From Cyanophora paradoxa CCMP329 (Eukaryota; Plantae; Glaucophyta): a DNA stretch of 38,700 nucleotides. Location of the stretch: assembly GCA_004431415.1 (NCBI GenBank), contig QPMI01000074.1:1-38700 (forward strand). The letters run 5' to 3'. The notes beneath the pieces were generated by a model that saw nothing but the letters and a program-made list of their open reading frames with translations, was not told the origin of the DNA and did no database searches. The number at the start of each line of letters is the position of its first letter. Position 1 is the stretch's first letter. The position numbers and the translations under genes are program-made. Of this stretch, positions 10,775 through 20,600 are shown piece by piece.

Positions 10775-10824
10775 TATATATATACAAGATAAAAATTCTT
10801 TAAGTAATACTCATTTTTTTGTGG
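10775..10824 (-). promoter_or_regulatory. Conserved upstream motif copy 3
   Basis: + strand tatatatata..ttctttaag..tcatttttttgtgg, upstream of the RING gene starting at 10757. Confidence 0.55.
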
Positions 10825-11045
10825 ATATCGAAATCGTTCCTACAATATGGACAATTGTATTCACCCATGGTTTTGGTGATGTTTGACACACAATTATCAC
10901 AAACTGATTTAAAACATCTGCAACAAACATGTGTCATTTGCTCTCCAAAAGCCACAGAGCAGATATTACAGACCCCATCATGATTGCGCTTAATCTTTTC
11001 CAATAACTCTTTCTTAAAGTCTTTTGAAGATTTTTGACGATCCAT
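10800..11045 (-). CDS. RING-finger protein (tandem paralog)
   Basis: CNIC..CCRCFKSVCDNC..CPYCR. Confidence 0.75.
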   Translation of the reverse strand: MDRQKSSKDFKKELLEKIKRNHDGVCNICSVAFGEQMTHVCCRCFKSVCDNCVSNITKTMGEYNCPYCRNDFDIHKKMSIT

Positions 11046-11139
11046 TTTATTCTTTACATTTAATTATAATCATTTTTTATATGCGTTTGGAATATCCCCA
11101 TTTAAAACCTCTCCTTTTATTAGGAACAAGTTAGGAACA

Positions 11140-14100
11140 ATGCCCCGAATTAGCAACAGACTCATTAGAGAGAAGAAATGGGAACTTATGGGATTACTGG
11201 GAACACTGTATGCAGCCCATGAAATCACAGAGGCTGAATATGACCGGGAAATCGGATTTATTTCAAGGGGCAGACCCACTTTAGCAAAATTAACCAGAAA
11301 AGCCAATAACCTCTATGACAAAGTTGAGACTCTTGATGAATTGGATCGCCTGAGGCAAATAGAACCAGAGGCAGAAGATGGAACAGCTATGAATGAATTA
11401 TATCGCTGGCTCACTTACAGAGCCAGAAGGGAAGTTGTTGTAGATGTGATTGAATATTTAGATAGAATTGCAACCTCTCTTCCAAAACGTTTAAGAGACA
11501 GTCTAGATCAATTCAGGGCAATCAAGGTTCGCTTATCGTTTATCTGCAAGTTCGTAAAAGTCAGCAATCCACAGGTTTGGATATCGAAATACATTTACAG
11601 CGATTATTTTGTATTAACCAAATCGAGAAATATTCGAACTGAGCTGAATAAAGCAGCCCAAATGTGTCAGGAACAGATGAATTTTGTTGATAGCTATCGA
11701 TTGGAGAGAATCGAAATGCTTAGAGTTGCTATTATGAGTTATGCTCCAACTGGTGGTTGCTATGTTAAAACACCAGAATCAATTGCAGCTAAGAAAGCCA
11801 CAGTGAATATTCGAAATATTGATGATTCTTGCTTCGAAAATGCCATTTTGGCATGGATCCATAGGAAAGATGTAAATTCCCACAAGAGAAGTGAGCTTAC
11901 ACAATATCGCAAATGGAAATACTCACCAACCACATACAATCCTTTGGCTCTCAATTTCGACAATATCCCATTCCCTGTTCCTTGTGATGCTGAAATCATT
12001 GATAAATTCGAAGCTCAAAATGCAGGCATTAGCATAAACATCTTTGGAATGGATGGAGATGTTATATATCCACTGCATCAATCCAGCAACCCAGGCAGAA
12101 AGCAAAAGATTAATCTCATGCTCATTCATGATGATGAAGGGAATGGTCACTATATTACAATCATGTCCCTTTCAAGACTTCTCAGAGTTGCCCTTGATAA
12201 AACCAAGGATCAAAAGTTACACTACTGTGACACATGCTTATCTCGATTCAGGTCTGAGGCTAAACTCACTGCTCATGTGGACTCAAACAGATGCATTGAT
12301 TGGAGACTCTCAAAGGGAGTCACCCCTAAACCTGAGACCACAATAGAGTTTGGACTCAAAAACCTTAGGAAAACTGTTTGGCTTCCTGTTGTGGTCTACT
12401 GCAAGATTGAACATAGAAGCATCCCCATTGATGCATCGAAATCCAAGAGGGAAGTCTCAGCAGTCAACCTGAGAGTAGTCACTGGGGCAGATGTTCAAGA
12501 TTTTCGATTTGAGGGGCAGGATCCAATGGGAGGTCTGTTTGAATGCTTGGAGTCCAAAGCAAGAGAACTAATCGATTTCCTGTTCACCAATATTCCTATG
12601 AATGAACTCACAGATGAGCAGAAAGCAATTTACAGAGCTACAAAACACTGTTACCTTTGCAGTGAGAGATTCACTAAGGAGAACTTTAAATGCAGAGATC
12701 ATGATCACCACACAGGTCAGTACATTGCTCCTGCTTGCAGAAACTGCAATCTCCATAGGAGAATCTCAAAGCAAACCAAAGTAGCAGTGGTTGTTGACCA
12801 AATGGATGATTGTGGGTCATTCATTTTCAGAAAAATAGCAGGTTTGGGAGATAAAAAGCGAATCGAAATCCTTTCGAAAAACTTTGATCAATACCTTTCA
12901 TTGCAATGGGGTCTTTACAAGTTCATTGATGCAAGCAATTTCATGGATTTTGGAGCTGCTGATGTAGATGAGTTAATGAACAAATTCCAAGCCTTCAGAA
13001 GGCTTTCACACTCAGTATATGGACTTGACCCAGTTCATTATGTATCTGCACCTGGGTTATCTTGGGATGCTATGCTTAGGACCACCAAGGCAAAAATAGA
13101 GCTTATAAGTGATGTAGAGCAATACGAATTTGTTGAGAGGGGAATCAGGGGTGGCTTTGCAACAATGCCTTGTAGGTATGCTGAGGCTGATGGTGAGAAC
13201 TCCCATATAATGCTGTTTGATGCTAACAACTTATATGGCTACTGTTTGAGCCAGCCAATCCCAGTTGGTGATTTTAGATGGGAGACCGAATTCAACCCAC
13301 AAGATAACAGATCCAGTTTCCTGGAAGTTGATCTGGATTACCCAATTAGGCTATATCTAGACCACAGTGATTTCCCTCTAATTATTAACAAGAAAATAGT
13401 AGAATATGCAGAATTATCACAATATCAAAAGAGCCTATTGGATCTCTCAGGAGAAGAGCTTGATAAGACCCCTAAGCTAACTGCAACCTTTGGTTCTGTG
13501 GAAAACTATGTGATTTCTGAGCCTCTTCTGCAATATCTGTTGGACAAAGGGGTGAAATTAAAGAAAGTTCACAGGGTCCTATCATTTACTGTGGCTCCTG
13601 TAATGAAACCCTACATTGAGCTGAACACTGAGATGAGAAGGAAAGCAGTGAATAAATTCGAGGCTGATTTCTATAAACTCATGAATAACTCAATCTATGG
13701 GAAATGCATTGAATCTTGCAGAGGTAGATCTGTGGTTAAGATTGCAAACAGTGAGAAACTATTTATGAAATATGCAGCTTCCCCATTGGTGAAATCAACA
13801 AGCCCCATAAACGAAAAAGCAGTTGCCTTTGAGTTTTACACAAAGCATGTGAAACTAGATAAGCCTGTTGCAATTGGGGCTTATGTTTTGGATGCAGCCA
13901 AACTGCATAATTACCAGTTCTTCTATGATACTATAAGGTCCCAATGGTCCAAAGCCAAATTACTGTTCCATGATACTGATTCCTTTTGTCTATATATCGA
14001 ATCTAAGACCTTACAAAAAGATATAGACAATAAATCCTTTAATCTGGACTTAGGGGGATCTAACAGAATGACCCCAGGTAAATACAAAAATGAGATGCCA

Positions 14101-14385
14101 GGTTCTGCAATTCTGGAGTATGTAGGTCTGAGAGCCAAAGTTTACAGTTTCAGAACTGCTGAGATTGAGAGAAGTAAGCTCTCTGGGACTTCTACTGAGG
14201 AACTCCAATTTAATGATTTTAAGCAGTGTTTATTTGCAGGTATCAGCAAGACTGTGACTGCAAAGCAAAAGAGAAGGGCAGATCACACAATAATAGATAC
14301 TGTGAGTAGAAGAGTTGCCCTAAACTGCTTTGATGCAAAGAGATACATCTTACCAGATGGTATTAATTCTGTTCCTTTTAATTAA
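11140..14385 (+). CDS. polB: Protein-primed family B DNA polymerase (Polinton type) with vOTU-like, Zn-finger and endonuclease VII-like domains
   Basis: Pol motif A FDANNLYG, motif B KLMNNSIYGK, motif C HDTDS, plus GLRAKVYS. NIDDSCF...GHY is the vOTU-like Cys/His pair. CYLC...CRDHDHHTG..ACRNCNL is EndoVII-like. Confidence 0.93.
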   Translation: MPRISNRLIREKKWELMGLLGTLYAAHEITEAEYDREIGFISRGRPTLAKLTRKANNLYDKVETLDELDRLRQIEPEAEDGTAMNELYRWLTYRARREVVVDVIEYLDRIATSLPKRLRDSLDQFRAIKVRLSFICKFVKVSNPQVWISKYIYSDYFVLTKSRNIRTELNKAAQMCQEQMNFVDSYRLERIEMLRVAIMSYAPTGGCYVKTPESIAAKKATVNIRNIDDSCFENAILAWIHRKDVNSHKRSELTQYRKWKYSPTTYNPLALNFDNIPFPVPCDAEIIDKFEAQNAGISINIFGMDGDVIYPLHQSSNPGRKQKINLMLIHDDEGNGHYITIMSLSRLLRVALDKTKDQKLHYCDTCLSRFRSEAKLTAHVDSNRCIDWRLSKGVTPKPETTIEFGLKNLRKTVWLPVVVYCKIEHRSIPIDASKSKREVSAVNLRVVTGADVQDFRFEGQDPMGGLFECLESKARELIDFLFTNIPMNELTDEQKAIYRATKHCYLCSERFTKENFKCRDHDHHTGQYIAPACRNCNLHRRISKQTKVAVVVDQMDDCGSFIFRKIAGLGDKKRIEILSKNFDQYLSLQWGLYKFIDASNFMDFGAADVDELMNKFQAFRRLSHSVYGLDPVHYVSAPGLSWDAMLRTTKAKIELISDVEQYEFVERGIRGGFATMPCRYAEADGENSHIMLFDANNLYGYCLSQPIPVGDFRWETEFNPQDNRSSFLEVDLDYPIRLYLDHSDFPLIINKKIVEYAELSQYQKSLLDLSGEELDKTPKLTATFGSVENYVISEPLLQYLLDKGVKLKKVHRVLSFTVAPVMKPYIELNTEMRRKAVNKFEADFYKLMNNSIYGKCIESCRGRSVVKIANSEKLFMKYAASPLVKSTSPINEKAVAFEFYTKHVKLDKPVAIGAYVLDAAKLHNYQFFYDTIRSQWSKAKLLFHDTDSFCLYIESKTLQKDIDNKSFNLDLGGSNRMTPGKYKNEMPGSAILEYVGLRAKVYSFRTAEIERSKLSGTSTEELQFNDFKQCLFAGISKTVTAKQKRRADHTIIDTVSRRVALNCFDAKRYILPDGINSVPFN

Positions 14386-14388
14386 GAG

Positions 14389-15774
14389 ATGCCAGCAACT
14401 GGAAGAATAGTTAGGAGAACCACTGAGCAACTACAAGGTAACCTACTGCCTATCACAGTTCCAAAGGAGGAAAAAGAGGAATCTCGAATTATTAAAAAGT
14501 CTGAAATGAAAGAGCTTGTCCCTGTAGAGATCCCAGTTGCTATTGCAGTGAAAGAAACAAGCAAGATTGCCAAGAGATTCTATGATGTGAGAACTGGTTA
14601 CAAAGGGCTTCAAGCTATGAGGGCTGAGTTACCTGATGAATCCTATAAGCAATTGCAAGAGTTCTATAAAAAACAAGAGGTAGTTCAGATCAATGCACCT
14701 GCTATATCTAGGAAGAGAGATCCCATGGTCCCAATAAGGCAACCCCTTGATACCTATGTGATTGATTTGCTCTTTTTCCCAGCTTATAAGAAACAAAACA
14801 ATGGCTATGATACCTTTATGACTGCAATGGAATCAACACTGAGAACTGGGTATATCATACCTATAAGAGATAAATCAGCTCTCACTACATTAGCTGCATT
14901 TAAACAGCTTGAGATGAGAGTGGCAAGACCCATAGTAAAGGTTCAATCAGATGCTGGGAGTGAATTCCAAAATCGAATATTCCAGGAGTATTTATCTAGT
15001 AAATACATAGAACACCAAGTGAGTGGAACTGCTGACCATAGGAGCCAAGGTCGAATTGAAGCCTTTAACAAGCAGATTAAGAGACTGATCACAAACTACT
15101 GCATAGCCAATAACACAGCTAGATTCTTTGATGTGTTGGGTGATATTGAGTTTAATTACAATAATACAGTTCACTCAGCTACTAAGCTGAAGCCAGGTGA
15201 AACTACAGAGGAGCATTACAGGTATATAGTGGGATTAGAAGATGAAAGATTCAAGAAATCAATAGCTTATCTTGATACCATGCAGCCTGGCATGTTTGTT
15301 AGAGTGAAAGTTGAGAAGAACCCCTTTGCTAAACAGGGTAACAATTGGTCTAGGATGGTTTACACTGTTGATAGTAGGGAAGGCTTTAAGTTTAAGCTGA
15401 GGAGTCCCACTGGTGAGATCATAGAAAACAGGTTTGCTTTCCATGAGCTGTTGCCTGTGAATGCAGTTGAGTATCTGGAAACCCCTACAGTGGATGCCTT
15501 AGAGCAAGCTAAAGAGGAAGCTAGGGTTGATGCTGCTATAAGGAGAGAAGGCATAGAAGCTGCTAATGAAGTCCCAGATAAGTTTTTGATAGAGGCTAGA
15601 AAGGAGAAGACTGGCAAAGTTAACAGGGAACTCAAAAAGCTCACCATAGCAGGGACACAGAAACTTTCAGAAGTGAATAGCCAGAGATGGTATAATGACT
15701 TTCAGACTACTAAGGAGTCATATACAGCCCCTAAACCTCAAAGAACACTAAGAGAAAGGACCAAAACTAGCTAG
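14389..15774 (+). CDS. Retroviral-like (rve) DDE integrase
   Basis: YVIDLL, VQSDAGSEF and QGRIEAFN with exact D(35)E spacing; YNNTVHSAT; SH3-like GMFVRV..WS..YTV. Confidence 0.93.
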   Translation: MPATGRIVRRTTEQLQGNLLPITVPKEEKEESRIIKKSEMKELVPVEIPVAIAVKETSKIAKRFYDVRTGYKGLQAMRAELPDESYKQLQEFYKKQEVVQINAPAISRKRDPMVPIRQPLDTYVIDLLFFPAYKKQNNGYDTFMTAMESTLRTGYIIPIRDKSALTTLAAFKQLEMRVARPIVKVQSDAGSEFQNRIFQEYLSSKYIEHQVSGTADHRSQGRIEAFNKQIKRLITNYCIANNTARFFDVLGDIEFNYNNTVHSATKLKPGETTEEHYRYIVGLEDERFKKSIAYLDTMQPGMFVRVKVEKNPFAKQGNNWSRMVYTVDSREGFKFKLRSPTGEIIENRFAFHELLPVNAVEYLETPTVDALEQAKEEARVDAAIRREGIEAANEVPDKFLIEARKEKTGKVNRELKKLTIAGTQKLSEVNSQRWYNDFQTTKESYTAPKPQRTLRERTKTS

Positions 15775-16011
15775 TTTGCTAGGCAAAAACTCGTTTTTTC
15801 CAAATATATGTATGACTGATATACATATATGCATATGATGTACACATAGTCTTGTAGATCTTATCAAGCGCTTCACAACGCTATGCAGAACGTTGCGTGG
15901 CGATGATCTGGTGATGAGATACAAGCGTTTGAAGATGCCGACAATCGAAAACCCGAAACTTCGGCGAAACTTCGGCGAAATGTTTTATTATTTATGGTAA
16001 TCGATTTCATT

Positions 16012-16470
16012 TAGCACGAATTATCTTTTAATTAGTGGTTTCAGGCACGAATTATATTATTATCTTTTCATTAGTGATTTCAAGCACGAATTATCTTTCA
16101 ATTAGTGATTTCAAGCACGAATTATCTTTCAATTAGTGATTTCAAGCACGAATTATCTTTCAACTAGTGGTTTCAAGCACGAATTATCTTTCAATTAGTG
16201 ATTTCAAGCACGAATTATCTTTCAATTAGTGATTTCAAGCACGAATTATCTTTCAATTAGTGATTTCAAGCACGAATTATCTTTCAATTAGTGATTTCAA
16301 GCACGAATTATCTTTCAATTAGTGATTTCAAGCACGAATTATTTTTTAATTAGTGATTTCAAGCACGAATTATCTTTTAATTAGTGATTTCAAGCACGAA
16401 TTATCTTTTAATTAGTGATTTCAAGCACGAATTATGTGGTTTAAAGCACGAATTATGTGGTTTCAAGCAC
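16012..16470 (+). repeat. Tandem array of the 31-bp unit AAGCACGAATTATCTTTCAATTAGTGATTTC (~13-14 copies plus two ~21-bp shortened copies)
   Basis: GCACGAA recurs every 31 bp from 16084 to 16425. Units are head-to-tail with no spacers. Confidence 0.95.
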
Positions 16471-17000
16471 ACCAATCAGATTGCGCCACACATATATACA
16501 TAAACATTATGACAATTAACACATCGCCGTGATCGTCATGATCTCCCGAGTCACGTGGTATGTCATATATATCATATACATATGCATCGTCATTATGACG
16601 TCATAACATGAAATCCGATACAAAACACTAAAACGCATGTATCTCTTCACCAACTCATCATCTCACAAAGATAAAAACAGATTCGGAATCCTCTTACCGA
16701 GACCTGCAAGGCTATGCTAGTATCATAGGTTCAATAATTCATATGTTTCTAAGCATCTCCCCAAGATTCCCCCTATAATTAAAGTGGACTCAAGGTTGAC
16801 TCATATTAATCGTAAAAGTAGTAATAGTATATGGATTTTGTTACGAATTCAATGCAAGGGTTGACTAAGTGGGTTGAGTTGACTCAAATTTCACAGGAAA
16901 TAACAATGAATCAGAGTATAAAATGCATTTTTTTTGAATCAACTACACCAACTAACACTGAGATTTTAACAATATATGAGGTCCTTACTGAATATGGTTT

Positions 17001-17091
17001 GTGTCACAGGTGTCACAGGTTTATCCCAAAGTTTCTCCTATAAAGAGTGAATTTCCAAAAGTTTGGGATGGACCTGTGACACCTGTGACAC
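17001..17091. repeat. 30-bp inverted repeat (hairpin, 31-nt loop), homologous to 7437-7534
   Basis: gtgtcacaggtgtcacaggtttatcccaaa / tttgggatggacctgtgacacctgtgacac, with 2 G-T mismatches. Confidence 0.9.
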
Positions 17092-17344
17092 CCAATTATT
17101 CATTAAATTCTTAAGGGACCCCCCTTAGACTCAATAAAACATGATAAAAACATATCAATTTCATGTATAATTACGATTGGATTCAATAAGAGATCTATTT
17201 GTTTAATTAAACAAATGAATCTCATATAGATATTAATCGAGTTAAGCGATATGTTTCCGATTAAATGAATTAAATTTAATTAAATTTAATCGAGAAAGTA
17301 CATGAATATAATATCGATTAAATCAATTAACTTTTAGACCAATC

Positions 17345-17628
17345 ACACATAGTAAAATGCGGAGTTTTAACCAGAGGCAAGATCTAATTGAGATTCAGTT
17401 ATATTATTCGGAAATATATACAGATTATCGATAGACTCAGTAAGACTAATCGGAAAATAAGAGAAATTTACGATACAATATCGAAAAGAATACAAAATAA
17501 TCGAAATAAATGAATATTCGATAAGATATACACAGAATATCGATTGATTGAAATAGAATATACGAGATATATCAACAAAATCAATTAAGATTAAGCCGAG
17601 GGTTAAAACTCCGCATTTTACTATGTGT
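17345..17628. repeat. 28-bp perfect inverted repeat flanking an AT-rich 284-bp segment (element terminus or MITE)
   Basis: acacatagtaaaatgcggagttttaacc (17345-17372) versus ggttaaaactccgcattttactatgtgt (17601-17628); weaker similarity extends ~20 bp inward. Confidence 0.85.
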
Positions 17629-20600
17629 CTCGCCGCGCGCTGCGGCTGATATGTACACGATTTGTACAAATGCTTCGAGCTCCAGCTGCGGGTGCCATGA
17701 AGAACGCCGACAGCCGCATACATACGCGTTGCAAATGCGAGAAACGCAAGTATGTATAATGAGAGGTCGCTGCAAGGTGCGGCCATGCTTGAACCAGCAT
17801 CGCCAGCACGACTCTCTCGACGAGGGGCAGTCTTGATTTGGGAATGACAGCGCCCTCGTGGACTTGCCGTGGACGTTGGCCTTGCAGACGCCGCTGCTCC
17901 TTCAACGTCGGCGAAGTCTGGCCCCTCCGGCCTGCGTCTGAATCTGTAGACGGCGAGAAAACGAGGGAGCCCTGTACATCCAAACGCGGGCGCCGCCGCG
18001 ACGAGTACTTCCAAAATTTCCGCTCGTAATCTCCGAACCGCCTGACAAGATCCTCCGCCGTTCGACCCGAGAATTAAATTGCGGCCGGACGCACAGCTAA
18101 GGTGACGGTTGCTGTGTGCCCGCCGGCGGTAGGTGCGATTGCACGTCGAGTCCGAAGACCCAGAAGGTCCGCCGGGGATGCTCTATCCTCCGCCGGGTCA
18201 GGAGCACGACCAGAGCCGGTGCCGTCCGTAGCCAACAGGAGATTGTGGCGTCCCACTCCCCCCGAAGGCCAGGCGACTTCCACACCCTTCCGTCGTCCCC
18301 TCCTTGATTCCAAGCACGACAAAGGCCGGTTCCATCCGACCATGGGAGGTGCGCTTGCCTTGTCGTCCTCTTTCTTGTTGAAGTCAAGCCCGCTCCTCAC
18401 GAGACGGACTGCATCTCGACGACGCCGCGTCGAGACACGCTTGACTTGAGTGTAGTAACCCCACGGCGACGATAACGCTGAGCTCGCGTCCGTCTGATGC
18501 AGGGCCGATTCCGGTCCCGTCGGATGGGTGTCAACCGGTCCAGTGCTGTCCTGAGCGCCCTCCTGTCACGAGCAGGTCCGCGCCTCGAGCGAGACGTCGG
18601 GCATCCCACCCTCCACGGTTGTCCTCCCGCTCACGACTGTCCACAGCGCCCTCCTGGGTTCTTCCCATCCTGGCCAGGGCATGGGCAGGTCCGCGCCTCG
18701 GTCGTGAACGCCGGTTCACCGGATCGGAGCGACGCCTTCTCCAAATTGTACAAATTCACGAATTCGAAGTCCGACCAGACCAAGCTCCTGGTCATGATCA
18801 TAATCAAGTCACGGTCAATCCAGACCTTCAATGTCAGAAGAAAGGCCGTCGCTGTCGCAGGTGCGCGCAGTCCAGCACCGCGAAGCTGCCACCGCTCCAC
18901 CCTCAACTTGAGAAGTGCAGCTGAAAATCACAAGTATACGCCACCACGTCGCAGGGACCACACCCCTCTTCGCGACGATATAAATCCTCATTCCTCCTCC
19001 GCTGGTCTTTTAATTCGCTTCACAGGCGGAGACCGAACCGCCATGGCGTATACTTTCACTTCGCGCCCGCCAGACTGCCGGAGCTCCGATATTTCTCGAG
19101 CTCCTGCTGACAGGCTGAATATTGCACTTGCAGCTGGTTCAACTCCCGTTGAAGTCGCTTGCTACAGACGGCAGTGTTGTGCGAGCCGCTCTTGCATTCA
19201 TCGCACCAACGAGGCTGTCCGCCGCCCTGACTTGAAATTAACTTCAGCTTCTTGCTGTCGGGCTCGTCGACGTCGTCCTCCTCGAGGCGATGACGATCAG
19301 GGAAGGCGGAAAGTTGAGCAACAGGAGCTCTTGCCGCTGCAGTAGAAAATGGATTGCCAGTGCTTGCTTGCTGCAATCGAATCTCGAGCGCGTTGCGCGA
19401 CCGAACTCGACCGAAGAATTCGCGACTCCACTCCGCCAGATTATTTCTGGAGCCCTCCGGAATTTTACTCGTGAGCTTGATCATTGACGGTGAAGTGATC
19501 GAATCCGACGACATGATTTCCGCGATCAACATCTCGTCGGAGAACGAATCTTGAAGCTGCAGTAGACGACGAAGAATATCAACATTATTTATAAAGGCTT
19601 GCGCATCCAGCTCAGATGGATTTTCCAGCGCAGAGAAGCGACGTCCCGCCGTCTTGATAGTGTTCTTCAGAAGCTCGAATTTGTTGCCAGGTACCAAGCC
19701 GAGCAGTTGCTCACGAATTTGGGCCCACGACGTCATGTCCAAGTCGCCGTTGCCCGACTTCGTAGTCATGGCTCCCAGCACAGCCGTAGAGAAGGATCCA
19801 TGCACAGGGTCACTTGCCGAGCGTTGCAGCGAAGACAGTGCAAGCTCTGCCAACGTCTTGTCGGGGTCTGTATATGTCGGAGGCCGGACACAAATTGTTA
19901 AACGTTCCAGCGACTCGACCCACGACAGTACACCCGTATTAGTCAAAGGAGGAATTTTCTCTTTGAATTCTCGCAGCTCGTGGTGACGTGCTTGCATGTC
20001 CAGGTTGCCAGTTAACGCGTCCAGTGCGTTCTTCAACGTGTTCTCGACTGCAGCAGCGGCTACCGCCGCCGGAGCCGCAACAGGCGCCGGAGCTGGTACC
20101 GGTGGTGCAACTGGAGCCGGAGGCGGAGCTGGCGCAGGTGCAGGAGCAGGCACTTGCGCTCCATGGCCAGCCGCCCCGTGGCCGCCGCGTTGGCCGCCGC
20201 CCTGCCCCGTGTACTCGGAGCCATGGAGAACTTGAGCTAGACACGTCCGCCCGCCGCTCGATACCGCGCGCCGTGGTACTAGTGTAGGCCCGCGCGCCCC
20301 TCGACTCCGAATAGTTTATTCAGACGTCGACTCGTGTGCCCGTTCAGTCGCAGACGAGGCTTGAGAGTTGCGAGTTCACTTGCGACAGCACTAGCTCCAC
20401 TAGTACAGAAGCCTAAGTGTGCTCGGCCTCGCAGCGAAGCGCCGGCCGTTCTTGCCGAGCCGCGAGAGTTGCCCACGATCGAACGCCCGCGGCCTCCCCG
20501 CGGCCGCGCCGCGCGCAGCCTCCCCGCCGGTGCGCCGCCGTGCACGCTCCGCGACACGCGCCGCGCGCCGCGACTCCCGATCGCGCGCCCGCCGATGCGC

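Larger units (their letters stand above)
1..17628. mobile_element. Polinton/Maverick-like endogenous DNA virus (AT-rich element A), left end outside window
   Basis: Co-located pPolB, rve integrase, MCP, two penton-like genes, A32-like ATPase and D5 primase-helicase. Intron-less, AT-rich and CpG-poor, with an abrupt switch to GC-rich DNA at 17629. The right boundary is inferred from composition and the inverted repeat. Confidence 0.88.

Noticed and set aside
1-15774. Adenain-like maturation protease; assignment as a mavirus-type virophage
   Set aside because: No such protease ORF is visible in the window (it may lie to the left). The pPolB with EndoVII insert and the MCP look Polinton/PLV-like, so a virophage call is unsupported.
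16012-16470. CRISPR array
   Set aside because: The 31-bp units are contiguous with no unique spacers, and there are no cas genes.
16831-18014. ORFs 16831-17043 and 17367-18014
   Set aside because: They run through hairpin and inverted-repeat DNA or across the composition junction, and have no protein-like features.
17629-19055. pol (PR/RT/RH/INT or YR) downstream of gag
   Set aside because: No DSG/DTG, YxDD or DDE/RHRY motifs found on reading the minus strand; the ORFs there look like GC-rich noise.
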